Of a stretch of DNA of 64,000 nt, positions 13,201 through 27,010 are shown piece after piece. Origin of the DNA: the human T2T-CHM13v2.0 reference genome, Homo sapiens; assembly GCF_009914755.1 (NCBI RefSeq), contig NC_060931.1. One strand, given 5' to 3'. Position 1 is the stretch's first letter. Each line of letters opens with the position of its first letter. Below the pieces are notes generated by a model. The model saw only the letters and a program-made list of their open reading frames with translations, ran no database searches and was not told the DNA's origin. The position numbers were made by a program, and so were the translations under genes.

Positions 13201-14128
13201 GAGATCATTTTATTTAGCAGGTGCAAGCAAGCTCTGGGTACAGAAGACCACATCTTGACCTTGAACAATACTTAGCATATGTGCCAGCAGGAGGCTGCAG
13301 CACACCCCGAGCGACCACAACCAGATGCAGCTGAGGCAAGGATTCAATTATGGAGAAAAGAGGATCGATCTGTAAAGGCCTTTTAGGTGTTAGCAAGCAA
13401 AGCATTATTTGCTGCTTTTAAATTTGCAACGTAATTGAATTTAGTGTGCACCACAGCATACGAAGGAGGGTCTATGTTTAAATTATTTGTGCCAAAGGGG
13501 AAATTGTAATTAAAATTTTTTGAACATTATGGACGTGAGAGAAAGAAACCACAAATGAGACCCCCTGACTGTGGCTGCCTCCATTGTAAATTGTGAAGCT
13601 GCATAAGAACACATCAAATGCTATTCTCTGAGAGATAAAGATATAGGCGTGCGTAAATTGATACTTTCTCCAAAGAGAGAAAATGAATGGTGCCAAGTTT
13701 TTCTCAACTCAACCTTAGTTCTCAGTGGATTTTGGACAACTGTCATAAACAATCGAACAGCCTGGTAAGACTAAACACAAGAATGTGCTCCGTATCTACA
13801 TTGCTTCATTCAAAGTCCATGTAACTTGTATTATGATCTTTGGTAATGCTTTCAGAAACAGAACATAATTTGACTAGCTATAACTGCTATTCATATAAGG
13901 ACTGGCAAATCTAACCTCAGTAAGCAGGGGTCAGTACTGTGATAATCTTGTATGTCCTATCAAATTTTTGACTCTTAAATAGTAAGGCTCAAAGGAGATT
14001 TGGAGTTGAACAAATATAATTTCTGAGTACCTGAAGGAACTACACTTGCTTGAGTTAGAGACAGCACAGGTTGCTACTAAAATAATTCCAATGTATATAA
14101 AATGAGACCCTAATTTGTGGTTTCAGCT

Positions 14129-14427
14129 TGTTAAGGACTGAATTACGTTCACCCCAGAATTTATATTTATAACCCCCAATACCCCTGACTGTGACCATAG
14201 AGGGTCTTTACAGGTATGATTAAGTTAAAATGAGTTAATTAAGGTTGGTCCTAATCTAAAATCACTGGTATCCTTATAAGAAGAGGAAATTTGGACATAG
14301 ACATGTACAGAGGGAAGAGGATGTGAAAACAAGGCAGAAGAGTGCTATCTATAAGCCAAACAGAGAGAACTGGTACAGAGTCCTCCTCCACCTGCTTTAG
14401 AAGGAACCAACTCTGCTATCACCTTGA
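14129..14427 (+). mobile_element. MaLR LTR, MLT1B-like, 3'-truncated
   Basis: TGTTAAGGACTGAATT start; TCCTTATAAGAAGAGGAAATTTGGACATAGACATG; GAAGGAACCAAC. Confidence 0.85.
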
Positions 14428-14562
14428 AACGAGTTTGTCAAAAATTCCGTGGAAAGTACATTTGGTCATTTTTGCTTTCCTTTCTACCTAAGTAGGGGAG
14501 AGACTAAATAAGTTTTCCCTCTCTGCAAACTTAAAGTTTCCCTCCGACAGGTTGTTTCATGG

Positions 14563-14928
14563 TGTAATAATCAGCTCTGGCTGCCATAACAAAATGTCAT
14601 AGACTGGGTGATTTAAACAACAGAGACCTATTTTTCCAAGTTCTGGATGCTAAAAGTCTGAGATCGGGGTGCCAGCATGATCTGGTTTGGTGAGGGATCT
14701 TTTCCTGGCCTATAGAAAGCTGCCTTCTCACAGTGTCCTCACATGGCAGAGACAGAGTGTGCTTCTTCTTACAAGGGCACTACTAATTCCTTCATGAGGT
14801 CTCCAACCTTATGACCTGATCTAAACCTAATTATCTCCCAAAGGCCCCATCTCCATATACCATCATATTGGGGATTAGGGCTTCAACATATGAGTTTGGG
14901 TGGTGGGGCATACAATTCAGTCATAGCA
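14563..14928 (-). mobile_element. MaLR solo LTR, MLT1A0-like
   Basis: GGCTGCCATAACAAAA...GTCCTCACATGGCAGA...CAACATATGAGTTT; TG..CA ends; TSD CATGG/GATGG. Confidence 0.9.
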
Positions 14929-15067
14929 GATGGCCTCCATTGAAGGGGGCTGGAGAGTAGTAAGCCCATTCTGATACCCAGGTATATCTTTCCAGGAACA
15001 TTCTTGTCATTTAGGTTTTCCATCTCTTGACTCTTGTTATTTTCTCAATTGTTTCAGAAATTAGGTA

Positions 15068-15187
15068 GCCCAAAAGTGGGAATGCTGGATCATATGGTTG
15101 TTTTATGATTTTAATTTCTTGAGGGACCCCCATACTGTTTCCCACAGTGGCTGCAGTAATTTACATTCCAACCAATAGTGCACAAGG
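15068..15187 (-). mobile_element. Short L1M ORF2 fragment
   Basis: AGTGGGAATGCTGGATCATATGG...AATTTACATTCCAACCAATAGTGCACAAGG. Confidence 0.8.
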
Positions 15188-16656
15188 AGAATACAGGTGC
15201 TATTTATTGGGTCTCTCAAGGTCTCCAGGAAAGTACAACCTAATTTTAGATTAGACTGATGGAAAGGAGACTGAGCTCTGCTTTGAAGTTAATGAAAGTT
15301 TGTATGATAATCACAAATTCCAATTTCTTTTTCAAACTGCCAAAATCAATTCTTTTTCTGCCTTGTCCATTTTCCTGAGACACTGCTCAGTTCCCTGAGA
15401 CATTAACGAGGCCTTGATAAACATCATATTTAAGAATATCACCCGGATTAACTTTGCCCTAGAGTTGTTTTCACTTCCAAGACTTTCTTTTGATGTGTAT
15501 TGTACCAGGAACAGATGAACAAACCACATTTGGGATTGTTAAACTATTTCTCAAAATATTTTTCAAATTTTTAAAAACCAAAATGCATCCTCATAAACAC
15601 TTTTCCCATTAAAGCAATGTGTGTTGTAGAGAAAATTCTTTCCATATGGTTCTGATTCGTTTACACTTAACTCATCAAAAAGCTGTTTAGGGAAAAAAAA
15701 TACTTGATTGCCTAGGAAATTGTTTTCATCTTTTTATTTTAAAAACAGAATAAGTTATCCAGAGTAAACAAAATTTAAAGTGGACAGTTGATATCTGAAT
15801 TCCATTTTGGTGTTCTAAGCTTCATTGTTCTACACTCAAGAATTCACATTGCCATATCCAGACCAAACAATTACTGCAGTATCTATAAATGTGTATTGCT
15901 CTCTAGAAAAATACAAAGATGTAGTTGTTGTCCCATATACCACTGTTATAATAACCTATTCTGAAAATATAACTCAGTTAAAACACAATATAACGAAGAT
16001 TACTAAAACCAGGTCCCAGATTAAATAAGTGCATTACTAAAACATGTGTTTCAAAGAATACTGGAATAAAAATATTGATAGTGCTAACTTCTATAGGGAT
16101 TTGGAGATGAAAACAATAATTTAATATGAAGTTATACTTATTTTATACTTGAAATTGAGCTCAGGTTTACCAGTGATGAATAGAGTATGTCCTTAAGGGC
16201 TGTTCTTAACTCTTGAAACAACTCACAACTTGGGAATGTGAATGTTATTGAATCAGAAATGGGTCTTACCAATAAACTTTGAAAGATAATAAAAACTGAT
16301 ATTGAAGTGTACCTCCAAAATTATGATTTTTAACACATTTTGGAAAGTTAATATATTCTAACCAGAGAGGCCACATTTCAGCTTTACTACCTTGTGAGTT
16401 ATCACACAAATGCACATTAGCAACACTATAATATTTCATGGAAGGCACAAATTAGAATGACATGTTGAAAAATGTTTTAATATTTAATCATAATTAAATA
16501 AGGCCATGAGTACCTAACTTCAAACTTTTAGTTGTAAATTGAATCAATTCAGATATCAATTATATGCAAATGGATACAATTTGCAATATTCAGATGATTA
16601 ACATGGTATAGGCATACTACTAGTGGGATATTAACTTTTTTTTAATAATCAGGTTA

Positions 16657-17151
16657 TGTAGGGAATAGAGAAGTTCTTCTTCAAAGTTGCCTAAATCCAT
16701 AAAAGGTGTATCATTCCCTGGTTAAATGTTTGAATGTGCATATTCTGAGGTGGCTCCAACATGTTCCAGCCAGTTGAGATAAGGCTAAATGAGTCCCGGA
16801 TCCAGATGCATGACATTCCTTATTTGGGAACCCCTCTGACCTCTTATCATTAATTTCCTCTTTCTTTGTCCTCTTTTCCCTTCTGCCTATTTAGGAAAGC
16901 TTAAGATTTTTAGCCAATCAAGTTAAGTTTAGAGTGTGAGGTCCCACCCCAGCCAATGGGAACAGGACACAGCCATAGAGGATTGCATCAAGACGTAAAA
17001 GTTATAAATGTCCTTGTTTCCTTTGTTTGGTATGCTCTCCTTACTAGACAGCTGACGAGTGCACCCTTTCTGCAGAAAGTAAACTAGCCTTGCTGAAGAA
17101 TCCTTTGTCTCGGTGTTGATCTTTCAGGACATCGAACACCCTTGCCCAACA
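16657..17151 (+). mobile_element. Solo ERV LTR, probably ERVL class (family not fixed)
   Basis: TG...CA termini, perfect 5-bp TSD GGTTA (16652-16656, 17152-17156), two CCAAT boxes, TATAAA at ~17003, AGTAAA polyA-like signal at ~17078. Confidence 0.85.
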
Positions 17152-17409
17152 GGTTATTAATCATTATATTCCTCCAGATTATTTGTACCAATAGATTAAC
17201 AACATTCAAAGATGTGAAATAGAAATTAATGAAGAAAAATTATCTCCTCAGCAGAGTATGGTCAGTTATGTTCTGTAAAACATGTATATAAACAAACATC
17301 TGCCTCCTAACAGATTTCTTTTGTAAAATCATACTAAATAATTATGACAGTCATTTTGAATGTCTATATATTTTCAATCAAAATTGTCTTGCCTTTTAGA
17401 AATGCTGTC

Positions 17410-17520
17410 TTAATCTTTTACACAGGAAAACTGAGGATCAGAGCAGTAATGTAACTTCTGAAGCTAATACAAAACTAGGTTTGCCTTGAAACAAAGTCTG
17501 GATTGTTCTAATGAATAAGT
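17410..17520 (-). mobile_element. MIR fragment
   Basis: Core-like TTTTACACAGGAAAACTGAGGATCAGAG. Confidence 0.55.
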
Positions 17521-17704
17521 TCTTCGCAGTATAATGCTATTTCTCTCAAATCTCTTAATTAGAGTCTGAGATAATTTTCTCTTTAACAGGGACTGCTGCA
17601 TATTTTTACAAGTTATTCCTGGCTAAAATTCAGTAACATGCATAACTTTGTAAGATGTTTTTCTTTAAAGGCATAGTTTCACATTTACTTATTATTAATA
17701 TATA

Positions 17705-18030
17705 ACAAAAATTGACAAAATACAGCTCATAAGTAAAATCTATCTTTCCACCTATTTTTTGTACAGCTTGGGAAATAAGAATGGTTTTAATACTTTTAAA
17801 TGACTAAAAAAAAAGAATAATATTTCATGATGTGAAAGTTATATGAAATTTGAATTTCAATATCCGTAAATAATGTTTTATTGGAACACAGCCACACTCA
17901 TTTGCTCATTGTCCATTGCTGTTTCTGTGCTACAATGACAAAATTAAGTAATTTCCATAATGACTATATGGCCTGGAAAACCTAAAATATTTATGACCTG
18001 GCCCATTACAGAAACATTTTCTGATCCTTG
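17705..18030. mobile_element. MER58B-like hAT-Charlie MITE
   Basis: AATAATGTTTTATTGGAACACAGCCACACTCATTTG; CCTAAAATATTTATGACCTGGCCCATTACAGAAA. Confidence 0.85.
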
Positions 18031-21000
18031 ATATATAATAATATATTAATAGTATATGCAATTTACCATTTAAATAATATGATCACCATTTTAATAATAT
18101 GAGCCAAGTTCTTAAAAAAATTAAATGGTAAAAATAAACTTGGAATAAATTGGAATAAATGGTAATTAAGCTAAAATATAATTACATATAGGTCTTTAAG
18201 GCAATGTGATATTATCCATTATTTAAATTTGTTATTCTATATGCTACCTTATATTTACACAACTTTTGATTCCTAAGTGTTATTATGTGACATCATTGGT
18301 AGAGGGGGTAGCTTCACAGAGAAAACTACTAATTTGGATATTCAAAAAGTGAAAGTACCTTTGATTCTCTAAGAAGAATTATTTGCACATACGTGAAAAA
18401 GTTGTAAGAAAAGAAAGTTGTCCTTAATAAGATTTAAAATGTCTGACTTGGTTTGGGTTTAGTAGAAAGAGTTACATGTAGCAAATTAACTGGAAATCAA
18501 ATATGTGAAACTAATGGGAAAAATATAAAAGAATTGCATTAGTTAGCATGTTTTCCAGCTAGAAAATAAGCACTGTGGCTTTGTCTTTCTCTTTCATTGT
18601 GTAAAATATGAGTTATGGGGCAGGAGATCATCTTGCAGAAATGAAAATAATTTATTTTAATAGAAAAGATATTCTTTGGTCAAAACTGTATGCACATTAG
18701 CTTCCACAGCAAATTTTGATTACAATGATGTACTACCCTGCAAATAATGGGTACCATATAACACTTAGCATGAAACTGTCAACTTTCATCATTTAGCTTT
18801 TATTTAGAAACCACAAACATTTAGAATCAAAATGTATGAACTAATATAAGATCTGTTGTTGTTATTTATTTAAAAGTCTGGGAAAAGGCACACTTACAAA
18901 GCTAATGGTAATAAAATACAATGAGGTATACTGAATGTATTTCCTAGGGCTATTTGTGTGTCTAGCACAGGAGTCTAAAGAGAGAGGAAGCGTGTGTATC
19001 CTACCACCTTCACATTAACCTAATTCCAGTGTTCCTCAGAGGCTTCTATTTGAATAGAAGGCTCATGATTTATTTTGTCCTCTTTTATAAAAGGTTTATG
19101 AACATTTACATCAACTGAACTCGGGCATATAGTACTGTGATTAAATTGGTTTTCCCGAAAAAGTAGTCAATGTAGATCACTGTAGCACAACCATACAATA
19201 GAACTATATAGACAACAAAATAGAAGTATAATATGTAATCAAAATAAAAAATAAAAATAAATAAATTATTGGTACCTATGAGCAAGTTTCATAGCTTATC
19301 ATATTTTCATTCACATAAAGCATACACAATATAAGTAAATTTTATTTTTAAGCAAATTTGGGGTGTAGTAGAGATCATTTCATTACACAATTATTGACAG
19401 TAATTTTGAACTTTTTTAAAAATATAAAATATTATTTCCCTTGTGTTAATGAATTATATGCTACATTTCTTTCATAGAAAAATAACTTCTAGATTTATAA
19501 TATAATCTATTAATCCTGAAAAAAGATATCATATAAAGATAGGTAAATTAATATATGATTATTAACACGGTGTGTAACACATATAAAAATTCACAAATAT
19601 GCTCACCAATGAAGTCATCTCTGGTACTGTAAAACATTTATTGGTACATTTATAGTAAATACTGGCAACAAAAAGAAACCCAAATTGTAAGATAAATATT
19701 AAAATCAAAGTGAGACAGAAAAGAAAAGTAAATACATTAGTAAAACATTGCCAAATACAACAAAATAAATTAAATTTGAATGGATTTCTATACAGAACAC
19801 CAACAACTTATGTAGACAAATGTGTCAGTAAAATAAGTACAAAACACACAAAATAATAAATCTGAACACTTCAAATACCATCATGAATGAAGTAAAAATA
19901 AGTATTTCATTAAGTGTTCACATCAAGAAACAGGAAAAAAGTAAGTAAATTACAATAAACACAGCTTAAGCCCATTGATAGCAAGTGCTGCCATTATTTT
20001 GCACAATGGATTATAGTTATAGTACATTTAAATCTAAATCAAACATACCAGGTAAATAGCATAGAATAAATAAACACAATTGGGATGTTAAATTCATGTC
20101 TTCACCATGATAATTTTTACCATTCTCATTCTAAAAACAGTTACATCATCACTGGTCACAGAGATCAATAGACCTTTTACTTTTAAAGCTTAATATTCAT
20201 TCCTAATATGGGTGTACTGGATTTATGAAAGTTTATGAAAGCTTTTAGAAAGCAGCAGACTAAAGAAAAATGTGTTTAATATAACAGTAATAAAATAATA
20301 AACATACAGACTTAAGTAATACAATATACATAGAGTGTGTAATATCACATCTCAATAATATTCCATCATATGGATATACAACAGTTTGCCTGTACATTCA
20401 CCTATATTGAAGGACATCTTGGTTGCTTCCAGTTTTTTGGTGATTATGAATAATTCTACTATAAATATTCATGCACAGGTTTTGTGTGGAGTTGAGTTTT
20501 CAGTTCATTTGGGTACATACCAAGGAGTGCAATTACTGCATCATATGGTAAGAGTATGTTTAGCTTTGTAAGAAACTGCCAAACTGTCTTCCAAAGTGCC
20601 TGAGCCATTTTGTATTTCCACTAGCAGTGAAAGCTCTTATTCCTCTGCATCCTCCCCAGAATTTAATTTGTCAGCTTTTTGTATTTTAGTCATTCTAGTA
20701 GCTGTGTACTGGTATCTTGCTGTTGCTTTGATTTGATAAGAAGGCAGCTTTGTCTGAAATTAATACAATTAATCCAGTTTTTCTTTGACTTACGTTATCA
20801 TGGTATATCTCTACATCCTTTTATTTTTTGGTTACCTGAGTCATTATATTTAAAGTGAATCTCATGTAAAAATAGATGGTTGGCCTTTTGAAAAACCTAC
20901 TCTGACAAATCTATAATCAATTGATACATTTAGACTATTCACATTTAAAGTATTATTGATAGAGTTGGATTAATGTCCACTGTGTTTGCAACTATTTTCT

Positions 21001-21059
21001 ATGTATTCATTGCATTTTTAAAAGTTTTTGCCTTATTTTTCCTCTTCTCTGGTTTTACT

Positions 21060-21533
21060 TTTAATTTTTAAAAATTTTATATTTATTTTAGATTCAGGGA
21101 TACATGTGCAGATTTATTACAAGAGTATATTGTGTGATGCTGAGATTTGGGCTTTTGTTGATCCTGTCACCCAGATAGTGAACATAGTTCCTAATGGGAA
21201 GATTTTCAGCCCTTGCTCCACACCCTGCCTCCCTACTTTCAGAGTCCCCAGTGTCTGTTGTTTCTATCTTTATGTCTATCTTCATGTCCATGTGTACCCC
21301 AGATTTAGCTCCTACTTATAAGTGATAACAGGAAATATTTGGTTTTCTGTTTCTGCATTAATTCACTAGGATAAGAGCCTCCAGTTGCATCTGTGTTGCT
21401 GCAAAGGGTATGATTTTCATGACTGCATAGTATTCCATGGTATATGTGTAACACGTTTTCTTTATCCAATCCACCATTGATGGGCACCTACATTGACTGC
21501 ATGTATTTGCTATTGTGAATAGCACTGCAATAA
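21060..21533 (-). mobile_element. L1PA16-like 3' fragment
   Basis: GATTCAGGGATACATGTGCAG...TGTGTGATGCTGAG...GTCCCCAGTGTCTGTTG. Confidence 0.88.
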
Positions 21534-21839
<306 letters not shown>

Positions 21840-23175
21840 TGATTGAGCATTTTATGTGATGTAGTTATACCTCTACTCTTAGCATATTAATTATGTTTAA
21901 AAAAAGAAACAGTGGTTTTTCTAAGCACGTAATACATATTGTCAAAAGTTTCCCTTGCAACAGCACTATACCACTTCAAGTGTAGTGCATGTACTTTTTA
22001 AAGTATTCCCAGTTCCTTCCTCTTGACCCTTATAACATTGTTATCGTTCTTGCAACTTATCCATGTGATAACAGCTAATACATTGTTAGTAATATTATTT
22101 TGACAATTATCTCTTAAACTGATTAATAATAAAAAAATTACCTTCATTTATTCCTTGTTTTATACTCTTCCTTCTATTACCTAGGATTTCTGTCTTACTA
22201 CATTTTCTTTCTCCCTGAATAACTTCTTTTCATGTTTCTTTTAAGGGAGGTCTGTTGGTGATAAATTCCCAAAGTTTCAGTGTAGGAAAGTCTTTATATC
22301 TCTTTCACTTTTAAAACATACTTTTATTGAATATAGAATTCTAGGCTCTTTTTTTTTCTTTTAACACTTTAAATATTTCACTCACTCTCCGCTTGCTTGC
22401 AAGGTTTCTGAAGAGAAGTTCACAGTAATTATTATCTTTTTTTCCTCTACTATAAGTAAGTTGATTTACTCCTCTGGCTTCTTTCAAACTTTTCTGGTTT
22501 TAGTTTTCTGCAGTTTGAACATGGTATGACTTGGTATAGATTTTTTTTTTTAATCCTGCTTTGTGTTCTCTGGGGCTCCAGAATCTGGAGTTTGGCATAT
22601 GCCATTAAATTTGGAAATTTTCTCCTATTTTTTTTTAAGTATTTCCTATGCTCCTTTCTGTATTTTCCTTCTGACATTCCCGATTATCCATATGTTACAT
22701 CTTTTGAAATTGTCCCACAGTTCTTGGATGCTCTATTCTTTCCTGTTTTTCATACGTTTCTCTCTTTGCATGTCGGTTTTGTAGGTTCCTATTGACCTAA
22801 CTTGAAGTTCACTCATTCTTCTCTCAGCATGCTGAGTTTACTGATGGCTCCATCAAGGGTATTTTTTTGTTTTTATTACAGCGTCTTGATATCTAGTATT
22901 TTCTTTGATTTATTCTTAGAATTTTCACCTCTCCACATATATTGCCTGTGTGTTCTTGCATACTGTCTACTCTTTCCATGAAAACCCTTAAAATATTAGT
23001 CAGTATTATTCAAAATTCTTGGTCTGATGACGCCAATGTCTGTATCCATCTGAATCTGGTTTTGATGCTTACTTTGTTACTTCAGACTATGTTTTCCTTG
23101 CCTTTTCCCTTGTCTTGTAATTTGCTGTTGAAAACACTACAGAGTATATTGGCCAATAAGAACTAGGGTAAATTG

Positions 23176-23530
<355 letters not shown>

Positions 23531-24601
23531 TCAGGGTATGTTCGATGTTTGATGTAGCTGTAGATGGCAGAGACTTCAAGTCTCTCTAGTGTCCTTGTTC
23601 CTGTCTCTCGTTTTATCTTTGGACTTCCCTAAGTACTTCCTAGAAAGTGTCTATATTTTGCAGCTCTTTCAACTGTACTCCTCTGTTACTACACTAGTGT
23701 CCTGTTGGTGTGCTGGTAAGGTGTGGGAGAGGAAAATATCGTGTAATGTTATGATTATGTCTCCGTCTTTTTGTTGCTGTCATGGGACTGTGACATTCAT
23801 AAGTGTTTTCTAGCTTCACCTACCCCCTGCGGGGAAACAGAAAAGCTAGCTAGGGCTGGAGTTAGAGAAATGTCCTTTCCCCAGATGGGATAAAGCTCTG
23901 GTAAAGTCTCCTGCAAAGTAGGCCTTGTTTATTAGAGAATGCTCTGGGCACATTTCACAATGACTACTCTTCCCCTTCTTTTGATAGAGCCAAGAGGAGA
24001 ATCTTTTGTGGCTCTTCACTATATGAAAACAGTAGGGTTCCTAAAGGTAAATCTATAGAAGTATGTTCTCCACTCTCAGACTGCAGGTCTAGATATTTCT
24101 CACTCTCAAGTTCATTCACTCTCAGCTTTTAGGAAATGAGCAAAATTGCAATTTGAATGTTACCACCAGTGGTGACTTCAATGGCTTCTGCTCCAGGTAA
24201 GCAGACCCTGGCTGTGACTCTGTATTAACCTATCTCTGCAGATTTTGGAGTGGCAGTTTGCCCTGCAAATTCAGTACTCATAGATCCAAGAAGAACCATT
24301 GATTTTCAGTTTGTTTAGCTTTTTCTTGTTGTAAGCATGGGAGTGACCACTTCCAAGCTTTTTACGTTTCAGAGATGAAGCTAGAACTGATTTATTTTTA
24401 GTAATGGATAAATTAAGTTGTCCATACTGATCTAATTTACTGAATCTGCTCAGCTAGATTAATATAATTCTTCATTCTTCTTCAAAATCTAAGCATTTTT
24501 AGAACATTAAAATCAAAGAGAGGATAAATTATCTTCTAACTTTCTAATTCAGTTTCAAGATGTGTAAAATAGGAGTGTGTCTTGCTTTGCCCTTTTAAGT
24601 A

Positions 24602-24884
24602 CAGTCATGCTCCTCATACTGATGCGGAGGCCAATGACACTGTAGCTTTTCTATTTTTGGTATACAAATTATTTCCACTGTGCTACAATTGCCTAAAGTA
24701 TCAGTAAAGTAACATACTGCGCAGATTTGTAGCCTCAGAGCAATAGGCAATACCATATAGTATGGATGGGTAGTAGGTATAACATCTAGGTTTGTGTAAG
24801 TACACTCTGATGTTTGCACAATAACAAAATTGTCAAAGAAGCATTTCTCAGAACATTTTCCTATTGTTAAGTGACACATGACTG
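24602..24884. mobile_element. Tigger3/MER7-type MITE
   Basis: TIR ends CAGTCATG...CATGACTG flanked by TA; CTAGGTTTGTGTAAGTACACTCT; GCATTTCTCAGAAC. Confidence 0.92.
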
Positions 24885-26413
24885 TATTTTAAAATAACTC
24901 AATGAATTTTATATAATACGAATAGATGACCTATAACACTTGCAAAGGAAAATAATTTTAAAAAAACTTGATTTATCAAATGTGCTCAATAAGAAAAAAT
25001 CTCTGCATTTATTTCATTTTTGTAGCCAAGAGCAAGTTAACAGTATTTTAAATTTCTTCCAGATTCTCCTGAATGTCAAAAGGAGTGCAAATAATAGCTT
25101 ATAGCAAGTCTGTAAGTCCTCTCTTTCTGTTCATCGATTTCTTATTCATCTGCAATTCTTAAATCTATCTCACCTTTGCTTTAACTTAAATAAGACTCTC
25201 TTAAGCAAATCATACAGTATCAGGTTCTGGCCTTTATTCCTCTTCCAATTCCTTCTTTTGCTTTACAACTCACTTATACCTTAGTCCTGTCTAGTACTTT
25301 TAATTTTCCAATAAAAATACTTTTACTTTCTTATTTCTATTTGCTTCAGTTCTTAGGGTAACAGGAAACAGGCTGAAGATTCACACGTTATATATTTTGA
25401 TCTCCAGTGCACATTTATAGAGATTTTTCCCCAGAAACCATTGCTTCATTTACCAAATCATTACATTCTGTAAGGAGGTCAATTATCTTCCTTAAATAAC
25501 AGCAACACAATTTTAAAACTATGAATCAGCAAATAATATTACAGTGATAATATCAGAAGTTCCATAATATAATAAATTCACACTTCAAATTGACCATACT
25601 AATTTATACCATGGTAAGTCAAATCACCTAGTTAACTGGGATACATTTCAAAGACCTCAGCCTATCAGGCCTTCAAAAGGAATGTAGCTCAACTAAGACC
25701 ATCACAGAAAACGATGTGTTCTTAGAGTCAAATAAGAAAACAGGAAAATATTTCTTGCGTTTTTAAATATAACATTGACAATGAATGTGTTCTTTGTTTA
25801 TCTTATACCTTTTACTCTGGCTTCCTAGACCTTTATCATCTGATGTTCCCAACTATAGGCTCAGACACTCCCAATTTCTTCTATATTCCCTGACAAAAGT
25901 AAAATATTTTACAATTGCCTCAGACTTGTTGGAATCCACCTGCCTCTGTCACAATTTCTATAATGTCTCCACTCTAATTCCTTTCAGAATTCAGTGAGCC
26001 CTAAAGGTGCCCCTCCAATAGACTTTGAATGCATTCTACACTTGTCCAACTCCCAGGATTGAGTTTCTGCTTACCCTTTCTTCCCATTGTACCACTGATT
26101 ACATTACTACCCCATTTTCTACAGGCCTGGACTCTTTTCCTGATATACCACCAGTGTTTGAATCCTTAGTGCCCTGCTTGACTTTGGCCAGTTACTTTTT
26201 CTGGAAATAGAAATGCTGGATTTCTGTCTATTTACTCTGACCCATCAATGGATGAACCCAAGTTCCTGAAATTCCATCATCCTTTCAACTATGACCCAAA
26301 TTATGTCCACATTGCTCTTTTTGTGGCACTCACTGGCCTCAGGCAAAGTTCTTTTAGTGTCAGAGATAAATCTGGATCACGTTCATAAGTATAATTTGAT
26401 TCTACCCCAACTG

Positions 26414-26447
26414 CAAAACAAAAACAAAAGCAAAAACAAAACAAACA
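26414..26447. repeat. (CAAAA)n simple repeat
   Basis: Visible tandem CAAAA units. Confidence 0.85.
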
Positions 26448-26889
26448 CCCTGTAATCACTTTCATTGCCTTCTTTATTTTCTTTATAAACATTCAGCTTT
26501 GTTTTCAGTTTCTCCTCTCCAAAGCATATGGATTATCTTCAAACATTATGGTCAATAATTTGCACTTCCTATTTTCATCACCTAGTTTGACCTTGCACAG
26601 CTCGTTATTAGGACTCTGTTAAAACTTCAGTTTAGAGAATTAATATCTAAAAGCTTATTATGTTTAGAGCATTCTATCATTTAATCTGTCTAGGTGTTCT
26701 AAATTCTATTTCTCAAGCAAGTTATATGACCTGAAAGCTATGTACCTGGAAGTCATTAGTTCTCCTTGCAACATAAAACACCTTCTATAATATGCATTTT
26801 AGTGTTATGTTCTCAGGTTTTATTGAAAGTCCATATAGATACTAACCATAAAAACAGTGTTTTGTATATGCTTTAAAGCATTCCTAAGA

Positions 26890-27010
26890 TTCATTTCAAC
26901 TAACAATTACTGGATGGCTAACAAAACCCGGATACCACTTAAGGCACCAGTGATACAAAATAGATAAATAAGTCTATTTCTCTACCTTCAATGTATTTAT
27001 AGCCAAAGAA
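26890..27010 (-). mobile_element. L2 3' fragment
   Basis: TTCATTTCAACTAACAATTACTG...AGGCACCAGTGATACAAAATAG pattern; diverged. Confidence 0.5.

Noticed and set aside
19540-20000. A-rich stretch faintly resembling ancient L1 ORF2
   Set aside because: Too diverged to call without an HMM search.
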